NCBI RefSeq assembly: GCF_036321535.1
Contig: NC_087436.1
Coordinates: 99,574,001-99,638,000, forward strand
Reading direction: 5' to 3'
Length of the DNA stretch: 64,000 nt
DNA from: Camelus dromedarius
Taxonomy: Eukaryota
Under the pieces are notes generated by a model. The model saw nothing but the letters and a program-made list of their open reading frames with translations. It searched no databases and was not told the origin of the DNA. Each line of letters starts with the position of its first letter. The first letter of the stretch is position 1. Shown one piece after another: positions 37,012-51,016 of the stretch. The translations under genes and the position numbers were made by a program.

Positions 37012-38284
37012 TGTAATTTCTTTTTTAAACAGGTGAATATTAATATACCCTTTTTAATAGGAAAGGCAGAAAAAAAACTAATTTGGATTATGCTGCCCAA
37101 GATTATACGACCTAATTCAACATGGTTGCAGAAGTGGTTTTGAGAGTGCACCTAGCTGTGGGCTAGGTTGTCAGATTTCATTTACTGCACAAAGGGGCCT
37201 TGCTTCCTGCCACCTTGAAAGATGCAGGCACTCAGCCTTAACGTTTATCCTACCTCTTTTCACTTGGCCACGTTTCTTTTCTTTCACTAAGAGTTTCCAA
37301 AACCTTCACACACTGGCATAAGTGAAGCATGTGAGATGTTTTTCTTTATATAAAAATATATCAAGATACATTGAAGAGTTTGTGCATCTAGAAAACGCAA
37401 CCCGGTTCAGGAAAGAAAAGTCATGGTGAATTTCTCAGAGTATTAGTCTAACAACCATTAGGTGTATTCCTCCTCAGAAATACGCAGCAGTAGGAGCATT
37501 GTTTTGTTTTGTTTTGTTTTTGCTTTTTAAACAGTTACAAAGAAACTGAAATTGAAAATAGTCAGTTTGAAAATTCTCACGTGGTAACAGGTAAAGTTCT
37601 TTTGTGTCATTGAATTTTAATGATGTTAAAATAACTGTTTAAGTAGACATTGACTTTGACAAAAATATAAGGGTATTTTGACATAAGGACACATTGATAA
37701 TGTGTTATTCTACCAGCTAAGCTGGTAATTTCTCTTGAACACCAATGGGCAGTTTATTAAATTACATAATGCTACAGAAAAATGAAGCTGTTGATGAGAT
37801 TAAATGTTCCAAAACAGCATCATGGTCTAATATTTCAAATGCAAAGTTCATATTTTATGTGTATAAATAATACAGTAACTCCAAGAAGAGGAATAAAAAT
37901 TTACCTCATTTGGATACTTACTTTGTACAATAATCATACATTCAGCAATTTAAGTTTAAATTTGCATTTGGATATTGAATGGTATTGTCAAATGAATGTT
38001 TATTTTCCACTTAAATTTAAACCCTGCCTATCCAAGTTAGATTTCTTTTCATTTTTGTAAGCAGGAACTTTTCTAATATCTAAGCTTTATTCTATTAAAC
38101 CAAACGTGAGCACAACTCATTTTTTCAGTCTCTTTTTATCTACATTGTATTTAACCACACACAAATGTTTTTAAAAACTTGTGTAATTTAGTGTTTTGAA
38201 GTGCTTTCTCTCTACCCCTCATGGATGTGAAATATAAATTATCTTTCTATGTTGAATGAAACATTTTATATTTCTGTGTCATTT

Positions 38285-38395
38285 GATTTGGTAGCCAGTA
38301 GTCATATGTGGCTTTTCAGTACTTTAAAGGTAGTGAGTGAAACTAAGGAAAAATAGCCAGAGGTGGCTAGTGGCTAACTGTATTAGGGACTGCAG
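38285..38395. mobile_element. MER3/MER33-like hAT fragment
   Basis: GTAGCCAGTAGTCATATGTGGCT..AATAGCCAGAGGTGGCTAGTGGCTA. Confidence 0.6.
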
Positions 38396-38434
38396 GTATA
38401 GACCATAATAAATATACCTTTGATTACATATATA

Positions 38435-38893
38435 CAGATGGTTCCCAACTCAATGGTTTGACTTAAGATTTTGACTCTAAGATGGTGCAAAAGCAATATG
38501 TTTTCAGTAGAAGTTGTGCTTTGAATTCTGAATTGTTTTCCTTTCCCTGAGGCTAGCGAGATGCAGTACCAGACTGTGTAGTAATGCTGGGTAGCAGCAG
38601 ACAGCCACAGCTCCAGCCAGTCACGTGATCACAAGGGCAGAAAACCGATACACTTAACAACCATTCTGACCCACACAATTATTCTGTTTTTCACTTTCAG
38701 TACAGCATTCAATAAATTTCATTAGATGTTCAATATTTTGTTGTAAAATAGGCTTTGGGTTAGATGATTTTGCCCCACTGTAGGCTAATGTAAGTGTTCC
38801 GAGCACGTTTAAGGTGAGCTAGGCTAAGTTATGTTGTTCGGTAGGCAAGGTGTATTAAATGCATTTTCAACTTATATTTTCAACTCAGATCTG
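38435..38893 (-). mobile_element. MER47/Tigger5-like TcMar DNA transposon with TA TSD
   Basis: TA|CAGATG...ATCTG|TA ends; GTTAGATGATTTTGCCC..TGTAGGCTAATGTAAGTGTTC..GCACGTTTAAGG..GGTGTATTAAATGCATTTTC. Confidence 0.85.
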
Positions 38894-38967
38894 TATATCT
38901 GCTTCATTTGTACCCGGAACTTTGTGAATGTGTGTGTGTGTGTATAATTTACTTTTTCACTGCTCTC

Positions 38968-39420
38968 TTTGCAGCCTCCAGGATGTCTAACAATGACCCC
39001 TAACTCCTGATATTGACATATATAGAGTGTCCTACCATATTGTACTAGGGTTGATCTGTATGACTAATGACATAGGGTAAAAGCTATGGTATGTCAATTC
39101 TGAGATTGATTTGGACTTGGATGTCCACTTTGGGCTTTATGTCTCTCTATGTATCTTTCCTCTTCAAACAGTTTGTTGGGAGCCGAGCCCTATCAACAAC
39201 TACATTAGTGAGCTTAGAAACATGTACTTCAACCTTAGTCTTAAGTTGGCTACAGACCAGGCTGACAGCTTGACTGCAGCCTCTTGAGAGACTGTGAGCC
39301 AGAATCACCCAGCTAAGCAGCTTCCATATTTCTGACTCTCAGAAACTGAGATAATAAATGTTTGTTGTTTTAAACTCCTAGATTTTGGAACAAAATTTTA
39401 GGCAGTAATAGAAAAATACA
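38968..39420 (+). mobile_element. MaLR LTR (MLT1F/G-like)
   Basis: GCAGCCTCCAGGATG..AATGACCC start; GACTGCAGCCTCTTGAGAGAC..CAGAAACTGAGATAATAAATGTTTGTTGTTTTAA..AATACA end. Confidence 0.75.
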
Positions 39421-40659
39421 GTAAGATACCTGTTAATCTACATATATTTATTTTTCAATTGTGCTTAATGAATTACATTGTTAATTCTGATATCTTTCAT
39501 ATGTTATTGGTTTGTATTTTCTAAATAGGCAAATATCTGGCCTTTCAAAATGACATTGCCTCCTCTAATATTTATTATTCTTATTTTGTTTCTTGTTGTG
39601 GTATACAAGTTAGAGCCGAAGAATACAGTAAAATCATACTGATGGCCCTAAAAATTCCTTGCCTATTCCTAATTTTATTTAGAATTCCTCTAATGTACCA
39701 TCATTATACGTAGTATTAACTGTTGATACGATAAATCTATATTATATTAAATATAATACTAATTCAATAAGAAATATATTAAGAATGGATTTTAAATTTT
39801 ATTAAATATATTTTATCATGATTTGAAATAAATGTTTGGTTTTTTTTAATCCTTTTGCTTGTTACACTGAAAGATCTATGAGCCATCTTACGTTCTGGGG
39901 TCAGAAAACACTGAGTTTTTTTGGAAACACAAATGTCTGAATGTTTTCTGTTTAAGCAGTGAAATATGCTTTCAATTTGGGAATTATTATTGCATCATTA
40001 AATAATATCAGTATTATTACTTCTAAAACACCTGAACCCACTAATAGTTAGCATGACTTAAGTGAGGGTATAATTCTTTATGGTCTGCACAAATAAATTC
40101 CATGCTTCCTGAAAAGGAATTAAGGACTAAATTAAGGACTATGTTTTTTTATTGCTTTCATGCACATATTCTTGCTAAAGCATCAATTACAGTGTTAGAC
40201 CTACAAAAGCTTTCAATAAAAAGGCTTGGACAAAAGAGTGAGAATTTGGGGGTCTGAGTTGTTATTAGAAGAGCTTATTTTAGGTCCTTTAATTTTATTA
40301 CATGTTAAGGAGTATTTCCCAAATTGAAAATTCAGTTATTATTTGAATATTTGAGACTGCATTGTCATGCTCTTAAGATCTAGAAGTTTCTAATTTCTGC
40401 TTCTAAGCAAATATCGGTGTTTGTAAATCATACATTTTGAATCACAAGTGAACATTTCACAACTTTCTTGAAATTTGTTCCCTTGGAAAACAAGTTTAAG
40501 ATGCAATGCCGTGTTAAAGCACTACCTGCAAAGCCTACTACTGACTAAGTATCTAGGAACAGTTACCATGTCAGTTTCATAGCGAGACCAACACAAAGAG
40601 TAAAAAGATGGCCATTTTGTTATCACAAAAGAGAAAGATCAAGTTCTTATAAACTAATA

Positions 40660-40805
40660 GGGGAGAGTATAGCTCAAGTGGAAGAGTGCATGCTTAGTGT
40701 GTACAAGGTCCTGGGTTCGATCCCCAGTACCTCTTCTAAAAGTAAATAAATAGATAAATAACCTAATTACCTCTCCCCAAAAAATAAATAAATAAAAAGC
40801 CTCTA
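40660..40805 (+). mobile_element. tRNA-derived SINE, camelid Vic-1-type, with 19-bp TSD
   Basis: GGGGAGAGTATAGCTCAAGTGG (A box)..GGTCCTGGGTTCGATCCCCAGTACCTC (B box), A-rich tail; TSD AAGTTCTTATAAACTA(A/T)TA at 40641-40659 and 40806-40824. Confidence 0.92.
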
Positions 40806-41955
40806 AAGTTCTTATAAACTATTAAATGGGTCTGTCTTTCTCCAAGGTACACACTATTGAATTAATAATAATAAAGGTAATGGTTTTATAGAATAAGGTA
40901 AGAATAAAATCAGCTCACTAACTCAGGCATTTTAGGAAGAAGAGTTTTCCCTTTTCCTTGTTTATTAATTTCCTCATTTTATATTCTTTCTGTACTTCCA
41001 CTCGAGAGTCACTTGTTTTTGGCCTTTGGCAGTGACTAGAGTGCTTGTGTGTTTAGCACATGCATTGTGTTTCTACACTTCAACTTTGTTACATGATTCA
41101 CATGAAATGAATGGGTAGGCATTTAATATTAAAAAATATGGTTCCCAAAATTGTGTCTACATCATAGCCAGAGTGCATTGTGTAGGTGGTGATTCCCACA
41201 GAAACATATAGATAATAAAATATATCTCTATCAACCACCTTGAAATTAGCAGAGTCAGCGACTCTGAGTGAATGCTTTCCTAAAAATTATGAAAACCTTG
41301 CAAAATAAGTGCCTGGTAGGCATAACTCAGGCTACAAGAGAGAAAGAGGTTTCCCCAGATATTCCTATGGTGATGGGAGTTACAGGGACTAGTAAATTGA
41401 TACTCTTAAGAATAACTAACTTCTAATGCAGTATTTTGATATTCTGTTCTATTCAGGTTAGAATCCCTTCACAAATAGAGACATTATTAAACTTCCAGGT
41501 ACAGAGTAAGCTCTAAATATAGCTACTACTTCCCAGTGAGTTCTAAGCTAACATTTTTGGTGTTACAGTCAGCTCAAAATATCACATTCTGTGACATTCT
41601 GGTCAATTTAGAAGGCAGGTCATAGATTTTTGCTTCTTTTCTAATTAATAAAAATTATTATTATTATTTGTTGATTAAATTATACTTTACATGTTAATAA
41701 TAATACAAATAAAAGACAATTCACTCAAATTTCTATGCCCCCATCAATAAACTGTTAGAGTTTGTTTTCTTATAACTTGCATGTAAGGCGTAATTTTAAC
41801 TTCGTTAGAATTAGTTACAACTATTTCTAATGTAAGGAACAAACAAACTTTCACTTAATTGTCAACATAGTCATTTTTATAAAAATGTAGCAAAAGAGAG
41901 AGAAAGAGAGAAGGATTGAGAGATTATGCACTCATGAGTAGAATACAATAAACCT

Positions 41956-42251
41956 ATGTGATAGTTAATTTTAGTGTCAACTTGACTGAGACACTGGGTG
42001 CCCAGACATTTGTCCAAACACTGTTCTGACTGTGTGTCTGTGAGGGTTTTTATGGATGAGATTAACATGTGAATCAGTAGACTAAGGAAAGGAAATTGCT
42101 CTTCTGATGCAATTAATTGAAGGCCTGAATAGAACAAAAAGCCTCAGACGGAATACTTTCTGTCTCTTCTGGTCTTCAGAGTTGAACTGAAACATTGGCT
42201 CATCTTGGGTCTTGAACCTGTCAGCCTCCTGACTGTAACTTACTCCATCAG

Positions 42252-42285
<34 letters not shown>

Positions 42286-42286
42286 C

Positions 42287-42319
<33 letters not shown>

Positions 42320-42515
42320 CTTGATATATATTTGTATATATATGTATATGCATGTATATGTGTGTATATATATGTATATGTGTATGTACATATATACCAC
42401 TTGATATAATATGACTTGTATGCAGTCAGGATTGAGAACTATTTGATTGAAAATCTTCTGAATTTTTTTTTTTGAGTAATTTCTCCAGTTTTTATGTTTG
42501 GTAGAACCCTAATAC
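41956..42515 (+). mobile_element. ERVL LTR (MLT2-like)
   Basis: TGTGATAGTTAATTTTAGTGTCAACTTGACTG start; GATGAGATTAACATGTGAATCAGTAGACT; end AGAACCCTAATAC. Confidence 0.8.
42253..42397. repeat. Compound (TA)n/(TATG)n microsatellite
   Basis: Two CAGC(TA)n runs followed by TATG/TGTA variants. Confidence 0.95.
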
Positions 42516-44149
42516 TGACCCTTAGCTCACACTGTCTACCAAATCCATGCACCCCTTCAGAATTCTGCAAACACTTGGAGTACTCTAAGTTTAACTAGTC
42601 ATCAGAAATCAGATTATTTTATCCAAATATTAAGACTCTCTACTATTTCAGTTTCTATCTTATTATCATTACAAGTCTGAAAACTTCTCATCATAAAGTC
42701 TACTAAAAAAGCTAGAACTTAAAAACTAATTAACCTGTTTGTTACAAGAGACTCAGAATAGTATCACTAGCAAAATTTGAAAAGCAATTAATAAAATATA
42801 TTGAGTATTTGTCACAATTACTTTACACGCAATTTAGATATATCAAATCATATATTAAGCTTATTAATATTTGAATAATACTATAATTAGGTATTATTTT
42901 TATCCTTATTTTACAAATTAAGAAATCAAACCTCAACATAGGTAAGTGACTTGCCCAAGAGCAGTCAAAAAGTAAGTGACAACATAAGAATATTCACCTA
43001 CACTATTTTGCTCTAGAACCCTTGTGAAAGTCTATTTCTCTTCATCATTGCAATATATATCTTGCATATTCCAGGAGCTTCCCATGCATTCTCTATAAAC
43101 ATCTACTTAGTTGTTTCTGCTTAATTCCATCAACAACTTGCCTATGGCAATGATATGAGATCCCCTGTCCTTCTCTTTTAAGTATATCATTTCCCCTCAG
43201 CTGGTTTAGCATTGTCTTATTGAAAATATGTCCATAAGTGAGTCCATTCATCTATTTGTGGTCTAACAAGTAGAGAAAAAGTGTTACTATTACTGATGCT
43301 ACACATTTGTTGTGCTGAGAATTTGCCTTAGCTTTTTATAGCCATGTAACAGTTACTTTTTTTATTTTAATATTTATACCATGTCTAGGGTTTAAATAGG
43401 TTATAATTGATTCATAATAAAAGGCCTACCTATACTGTAATTCTTGCATGAAATGGTCCAGGTAAAGGTGATACCTAGATATTCAAAAAAGGCATGGTGG
43501 GGGAGAGAAGGATAAAGAGGATAAAATTTGACAGTAGGTACACAATCATTAATATGAAAGTAAAAATTGATGCTAGAAATTAGGGTATTAATGAAAAGGA
43601 GTATCATGCCTCCAATTTAATTCACAGTAAATGTTTAAAATCGTTTTTTTATTCTAATCTATTTTTACTTTTTTATGCATCTCACTATATACTGGCTTTC
43701 TGATTCTATTAATTTTTTTTACTTATTCATGACCCTGTGCTATTTCCTTGAACTTGATGACCAAATTCAGCTTCCCCAGCTTTGATTTGGGCACCACCTA
43801 AAATTTTATGTCTCCTTATCTTTTATGTCTTCCCCAAACAATGCACCTCAGTTTCAGCCTCTACTCTCCAATCCTGGCACCAGCTAGTCACCACAGTGTG
43901 CTTACCCCAAAACTCTAAGGAGAGTCAGAGATTTTTTTTCTCAAAAATAAACAAGCAAACAAACAAAAAACCCTTGCTTGTTGCCTGGAAGGCAAAAAAA
44001 AAAAAAGTTGCATCTACATTTAATCTGAGTCTCTCTAATTTAAAATAAGCTCGCCTCTTGGTAGCCAAGACAAATAGAAATCTTAAAGATGTATACAGGC
44101 TTCGTTATGTACACAGAATATTTCAAGTCTAAGTAAAATATAAATATTT

Positions 44150-44360
44150 TCATAATGAACATTGATTGAGTTCTTACTAAGCTGTGCTTTTATGCGTTAA
44201 TTCTTTGTTACAAATTTATGGGGTAAGTGTTATTATCCAATCCATCTTTCAGCTGATTAAACTGAGATGCAAGAAGCCCAATGCCACGTTTGTAGTAATT
44301 GCTTGGACAGAGATTCTGCATTGGTCACTCAAATTCATGGCTTAAGTGTCATGCATATAA
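44150..44360 (-). mobile_element. MIR SINE
   Basis: AACATTGATTGAGTTCTTACT..GGTAAGTGTTATTATCC..TTTCAGCTGATTAAACTGAG. Confidence 0.65.
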
Positions 44361-47300
44361 CTCATCTCACCACCATGGCACCTGATTATCAAACTAGTTC
44401 CTCCAAAATTCCATTCATCTATAACTCTCATGAATCAAATGATACATTTTAAGTTTTATAATTTAGAATTATTTGACTCAAATATTTCCAGAGTGATTTT
44501 TGTGTTGACTTTTACTGTTGTAAACACCTACATATTCAAGTCTGTAACCAAATATATTTATGCCCTTGTTAGGAACACACTTAAGACACTCAGAACCTTG
44601 AAGAACAAAGTGTTACCTAAGCAAAATCTCCCTTCAAAATCAACACTTTCAATTATAGTAGGGAAAGCATTCTAAGGGAACCTCCCAAAGGCCTCTCCAA
44701 ATCCAGCAATAGTATGATGCTATAAAATGACGTATCTATCTATTTATCATCAGTGGTAAAGTGAGATATTGCTTTTTAGTGAGAATATTGCATATTAGTA
44801 CTTCTTTCTATAGAACCTTGCATGCTTATCTCTCAATCTTTTTTTCAATTTGGGATAAAGCATTAGTAATGAGTCTAGTTTTTCCATTTTCCATGTAAAT
44901 TGTATCTTTCATGTACAGTCCTCTTAGGCTTTAGTATACTTCTACAAAATTTGTATGTCTTGGCAAGCCTCTAAGTAAAATTTTCATTAGAAATTGTTTT
45001 AGAATGTATCTATATCATGTTTTGTGATAAATTTTCTATAATTTTAGGACATTATAAAAGTCAATTTTATTTTAAAAAATAACTGAAAGTATAATAATCT
45101 TAAATAAAATATTGCTCATATATAATACTCTTATTACATAGTAACTCCCATAAAAGCCTAGTTACTCCCATAGAAAACTCAAACCACAATAAAATGAGCA
45201 TAAACTAGTTGAAGCATGAAGATTTAGACAAAAGTATTTAGACAAATAATCTGTATATTTAGATCCCAAGTTGATCTGTAGTGGACTACATTTGTTAAAC
45301 TACTTTCTGTAACAAAATGGAAACCAAAGAGTATGTTTTACTTTAATTTCCCTGCCTTCTATCCTTGGCTTTGAGAACATCATATAACCAAAATGCTTAT
45401 TGTTTCCCTAGTTCTCAGAGAACTTAGAACTCCAGAAATTGAGAACCCAGATTACCTGAATAATGTATGCTCGTACAACCTGGTAAAGAAAAAGTAGTAT
45501 GTTGAGTAGATTTTTGTATGTCAAGACATTTTACTTCAGATGACTTTTAGACAAAGAAATAGTTAAGAGATCCCTGATTTTAATTTCAATAAGTATACTG
45601 TGATCTAATTAAAACATGTTTAAAAAAGCCAGAAACCACCGTGCATGAAATGTAGTATTGCACAGTAAATAAGAGATGAAAGAATAATTTATGGTTCTCA
45701 AGATTGAGCATGGTCTGAGCATATTTAGAATCTAACAGGGCTGTTCATTGTTGAATTCATTAATTAAGGAAATTCTTTTAATTAATAAGCCTTAAAATAA
45801 GGCAATTTCAAATAATGGATTTTGGTTGGAGAAAAATAATAGAGTTATGTGATTTTTCAAAACATCATTAATAATCCAAAACTTAAAACAATGAACTATT
45901 TTAAGTACATGCCTTTGGCAGTGCAAACAGTGGGTACGAAGCCAAATGAGCTACCTACCTGTCAGGAAAGATTAATTTAGATAGCATGTGGATCAGGAGA
46001 TTCAAGTTGAAAGGTAATCAGATTGCATAATCAAAGCACTCTCTAGAGACGTATAATCCAGCTTAGTTACATCTTGATCCCTAATGTGCATGTCTTGTCA
46101 GTTCAATACCCATCACCCTAGAGTCCAAGGATAAAAAGAAGAAATAAAATTATACAACCTAGTTTGTTGTGAAAGATCTATAAGAAAGTCTTTCTGAATC
46201 AGCTCAAGATGTTCTACAGAGTAAATATAATCTGTTGATTAATGAATAGATAATAAAGAGATAGATGTAGAAGATACAGGGACAGACAGACAGATGGAGA
46301 AATAGATCATATCATCAATCCACCCCTCATTTAGCATCCTCAACAGATTTAGGACATACCAGATACTAAACATGCAATTTTTGATGATGATAGTCATACA
46401 GACAACATATATTCTCCTTTACAACACAGATAAATTAACAACATTCAAAACACTCATCAGTCCAACATAAGCAGTAAGGAAAATAATTGAAATATTTTGA
46501 GGTGAAATTTAATAAAATGGACTCAATCTTATGTTAGTGTTCATATTGTTTAATGGATGAAGTACATACTATACATATATAAGATCTATCTATCTATATA
46601 TACATCTCCTTATTAGTGATACTTTTAGATCTGAACAAAAATTTAAAGGTGAGACTCACTTTTATCTGTTTTTACATGCATTAATTAAATTTATGTATCT
46701 TTTTTAAGCTTTTTTAAAACATAAAGCCATGTTATACACTAGTTGTAGGAGGGAAAGATGAATTCAAACAGATAAATTATAATCCTCAGGTAGGTACATT
46801 TTTATGTTGCTGAGGAGAAAACACATAATTTGATCCTGATTAAAAATGGACTAAGATTAAACACAACAGCGAATACAAATAAGCTTCAGCAACATTAATT
46901 TTAAAATAATTTTATAACATTAAACTTGGGAAGCTCTTTATTGCTCACCACAATTATAGTCAAATGGTTAAGGGTGTGATTAATTTGTCAGCCGGAACAA
47001 GGAAGGACATTGGTCTGGATGGAGAAAGAAAAGGAGAGGGAACTGAGAATGTAACAAAAGGTCTGGAATCCAGATCAGGACCCAAGACAGACATGGCATC
47101 AGGAATTGTTAACTGGAGAAATCACCTTCACTAAGGAAATAAAGAAGGATTATTTCCTAATTATTATCCTTCCTTCTAACAATAAGAAAACATTCCAGTT
47201 TCCATGAATTTCTGACCATTGTCTAGATTATCAAAAGACTTTCTAAAAATCTTAAAAATTATGAAAATCTGTTTAAAACCATCACTACATGCATACTAAA

Positions 47301-47373
47301 TACTATGAGATGTTATATATAAGCATTATTTTTATTTAATGTTATTAAAATTCATTTTATTTTTAGGTTAAAA

Positions 47374-47484
47374 ACTTGATTTTTTTCTGCAATTGTTAAC
47401 GTTATAATGTATATATAATATATATGTTAATAATTGCAGGAAAAAATCAAGTATATATGTAGTAATCAATTATATAATTGATTA
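47374..47484. repeat. 27-bp inverted repeat plus adjacent perfect 22-bp palindrome
   Basis: Arms 47374-47400 and 47426-47452 (2 transitions); TAATCAATTATATAATTGATTA at 47463-47484. Confidence 0.9.
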
Positions 47485-48919
47485 ATAGATTAATTCTGGA
47501 TGTCCCATAAGCTTCTGAGATTCTAGACTTCTGACAAAATACTCACTAATTATCTCAACAAAAAGTAGCTTTACAAAAGTGTAAAAGGATTTAACTATTA
47601 AATAAAGGATCTATGTGGGTGATATTTAGGGTGCTGAAAGTTTATGATTATACACACATGAATCATTTAAGAGAATAAAAGAACAATTTTAGGAGTGCTT
47701 CCTGCTGATTATAATTTAAAAAAAAACATGATTTACATTTATCTTTTTCTCTAAATTAATCCTGATTTTAAACAGAATTCGAGACCAAGCCTTTCTATAT
47801 ATTTTGTGCTTCCTAGCCCTTTCCCTTCGTCAAAAATGTTTAAATCACCACAGGCCAACCATTAAAAGCACATGTGCAAGGCAATCTGAGAAATTAAAAG
47901 AATAATTACTGCTGTTTAAATAGATTTAAAGAGAATAAATCTGGACATGCATAGCATAGTCCTTGGATGAACTGAACCTTTGGGGTCCAGCTAAAATGTT
48001 TGTGATACAAGCAGTTTTTTTGATGACATTGTAGTAATGCACATTCATTGAGGTTTGATTGCTGTCTTCCTAAGGCAACAAGCTGCTTGTACTGGCTCTT
48101 CAAAAACAGACTATGTGTGTACATTGTTGATTAGTGACACATATTAAGATTTCATTTCTTCCTTTGTTTTTAAATTGTTTCTTGCCAGAGGCAGGTATTT
48201 ACAAAAAAGTTCACTAAATGACATTATTCCATCAAAATTGTACATAGAATTATAAATAAAATACTTTGTGTAACTGAACAGACTTGAAGATAATCTGTTT
48301 GGATCTTTTATTTGCTTGGAATATGAAAAAGTATATTTTATTTAAATGTAAATGAATTTATAATTTTTTACAGAGTTTTAGGGATAAACTTAAGGTGGTG
48401 AAATTATTGGATGTCTATTTTTGCCCACCTTATGAACATTTTGATATAGTAAATAAGCATTCACTATATTGGTCTTCTTGGCTTTTTCCAACTCTAATTA
48501 TATTATTTTCATTTATTTGGCTCTTTAATACATTTCTATTAGCCCCCAAACCCCTGTTTTTTTAGTGCAGAACATGCATAAAGATATTTCTTATAATAGT
48601 AATAAAATGATTTTGCATAAGGTGCTTTCAATTTCAAGAAACCGAACATTCTTGCATCTCAGCTCAAGTTTAACAAAAGTAATGAGGATAAAAGTAGATT
48701 GAAAATAGAAATGCAAATAAAAAACATTTTTATTTTCCTGTGCACACTCTTTCCATCTTCTCATCCTCACAGATATCTGTACCATACAGAATATTTGAAA
48801 TTACTTAATTCCCAGAAAATGTATTTACATATAATGTAAGATTGATAACACTATTGTACATTCCATAAGATGCAACATTTTGATATTAAGTGTTGTGTGT
48901 TTTTTTTTAATGGGCCTAT

Positions 48920-49403
48920 TTATATATACAATGGAATACTACTCAACCATAAAAAATAAAACAATGCCATTTGCAGCAACGTGTATGGACCAGGAAATTG
49001 TCATACTAAGTGAAGTAAGCCAGAAAGAGAAGGAAAATACCATATGATATCACTTATATGTGGAAGCTAAAAAAAAAAAAAAAGACACAAGTTAACTTAT
49101 TCACAAAACAGAAACAAACTCACAGATGTAGAAAACGAACTTATGGTCATTGGCGGAGAAAAGGGGTAGGAAGGAATAAATTGGGCATTCAAAATTTGCA
49201 GGCACTAACTGCTATATATAAAATAGATAAACGACATGTTTCTACTGTATAATATAGGGAAATATATTCAATATCTTTTAGCAACTTATAATGAAAAATA
49301 ATATGAAAAGAAATATATGAATGTATATGTGACTGAATCATTATGCCATACACAAGAAATTGACACAACATTGTAAAATGAGTATACTTCAATTTTAAAA
49401 AAA
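48920..49403 (+). mobile_element. 5'-truncated L1 (ORF2 end plus 3'UTR)
   Basis: TATATACAATGGAATACTACTCA..AAGTGAAGTAAGCCAGAAAGAG..TATACTTCAATTTTAAAAAAA; degenerate TSD AATGGGCCTATTTA / AAAGGACATATTTA. Confidence 0.9.
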
Positions 49404-50970
49404 GGACATATTTAAATTTGCCAGATGAAATACAAGACCCATAGACTGTCACTGGTAAAACTAATGCATGTTGCAGAGATATTATTGCTGCACTTACAAG
49501 ATGTGTTCATAATCCAGCATAATAATGAAAATAATAGAATTTAAGTGTTTGTTTCTTTTTAAGTTATCAAGATGATTCAGTATTGAAACACATTCCTCAG
49601 TTTTGTGCCTATAAAACTGAATGATTCAAAGCAATTTAAGTAGCTGATATTATCTAGTTTATCTATTCACTTTATTCCACTATGCTCCATGAGGCGAGGG
49701 ATCTTAGCTAGATTGTTGCTACAGACTCCATATGCCTGGAACAGTGGCCAGAAGAGGGTGGAAGTCACTCAGTATGTGTTGGATGAACAGTGAACAAGTG
49801 AATGGTTAAATCAACATGCTTTGTTCATCAAAATCTATAAGCTCCTTAATTCATATGCTATGGTACTATCACTGTGTACTATTTCAGTTTATATTAAGTT
49901 AACATATGTGCATAATTTCAATAAAAATAAAATTACCTTTGGATGCCAGTATTAGTGAAATTTTAATTTTGTATTCACATCCATATGATTGCCTATTTTT
50001 ACTTCAAATCATGTTTCTATTTAGTCTTGGTAGATCATTAGACCATTCTGTATGTCCTCTGTTTTCCAAGCATTTAGATAAAACAATATTATACATTCGT
50101 CCACCACTCTGATTCTTCAAGACACAACTCAAATCTAGGGCTTCATTTTCAGGCTCTAAATATGAACATAGTATGTTGTAATTTTGAAAAGAAATATATC
50201 TCTTGAAATGATTTTCAGATCTTCTTGTTGGCTCTTTGAATAATTAAATAAGTTAGCATATTCATAATTTTTCATCTTTCAAAATGAGATGAACTACTTG
50301 TAGAATGCTATTAAAAATCAAATGGCTTTATATACATGTGAATTTGAAGCATTATAATTGAAAATTGTGTATGAATTAGTAATACATGTTAAGCATAACA
50401 TTAATTTAAATATGAATTAATGATAAATATTAAGCAACAAAAGCTATGAATAAATGGCAAGTAGCCCAGTAAAGTATGAATCAAGCTCCCCTGCTGAGCC
50501 AGCCTATATTTACTGATCCCAAACTGACCTGGAGATTCATGAACGAGAGCATGACTGGTGTTTTAAAGCAACAGAGATTTCAGAAATTAGGGCCAGGAGC
50601 AATGTCTTCTTTTTGTTCCCTTTGAGACCAAAGCAGAAATAAACAAACAGAAAATCATGATTAAAAACAAAATTAATAGGCCATGGAAAATACTCTTCTC
50701 TGCAGATGGGAAGGATTGAATATTTACCAATAATCTAATCTATCCTATTTTGGTATTTCAGGAGTATATCTGGAGTTTTTTTGGATATTCAGTGTCCAAG
50801 AGAAGTTACGTCAAACTTTTTTTTTTTTCCAAGAAGTATCAAAGAGGTTTGGGGAAAATAGTAGAGAGCAGTTGTAGAATAGACTGTGGAATAGTACAAA
50901 ACAATGGAGAAAGGCTGTTTCAATATTTAGATATCTACTAATATATCTTCTCTGACTATAGCATATAAGG

Positions 50971-51016
50971 ATACATACACACATACACACATATATACAC
51001 ACATACACATATATAT
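50971..51016. repeat. (CA/TA)n microsatellite
   Basis: ATACATACACACATACACACATATATACACACATACACATATATAT. Confidence 0.85.

Noticed and set aside
35422..37590. Two plus-strand coding exon candidates (35422-35498 DTVSQLSLLG.. and 37535-37590 YKETEIENSQ..)
   Set aside because: These open frames do not join in phase, the donors are modest, the second acceptor tract is a (GTTTT)n microsatellite, and I recognise neither peptide
40660..40732. tRNA gene
   Set aside because: A and B boxes are present, but the A-rich tail and 19-bp TSD mark it as a SINE
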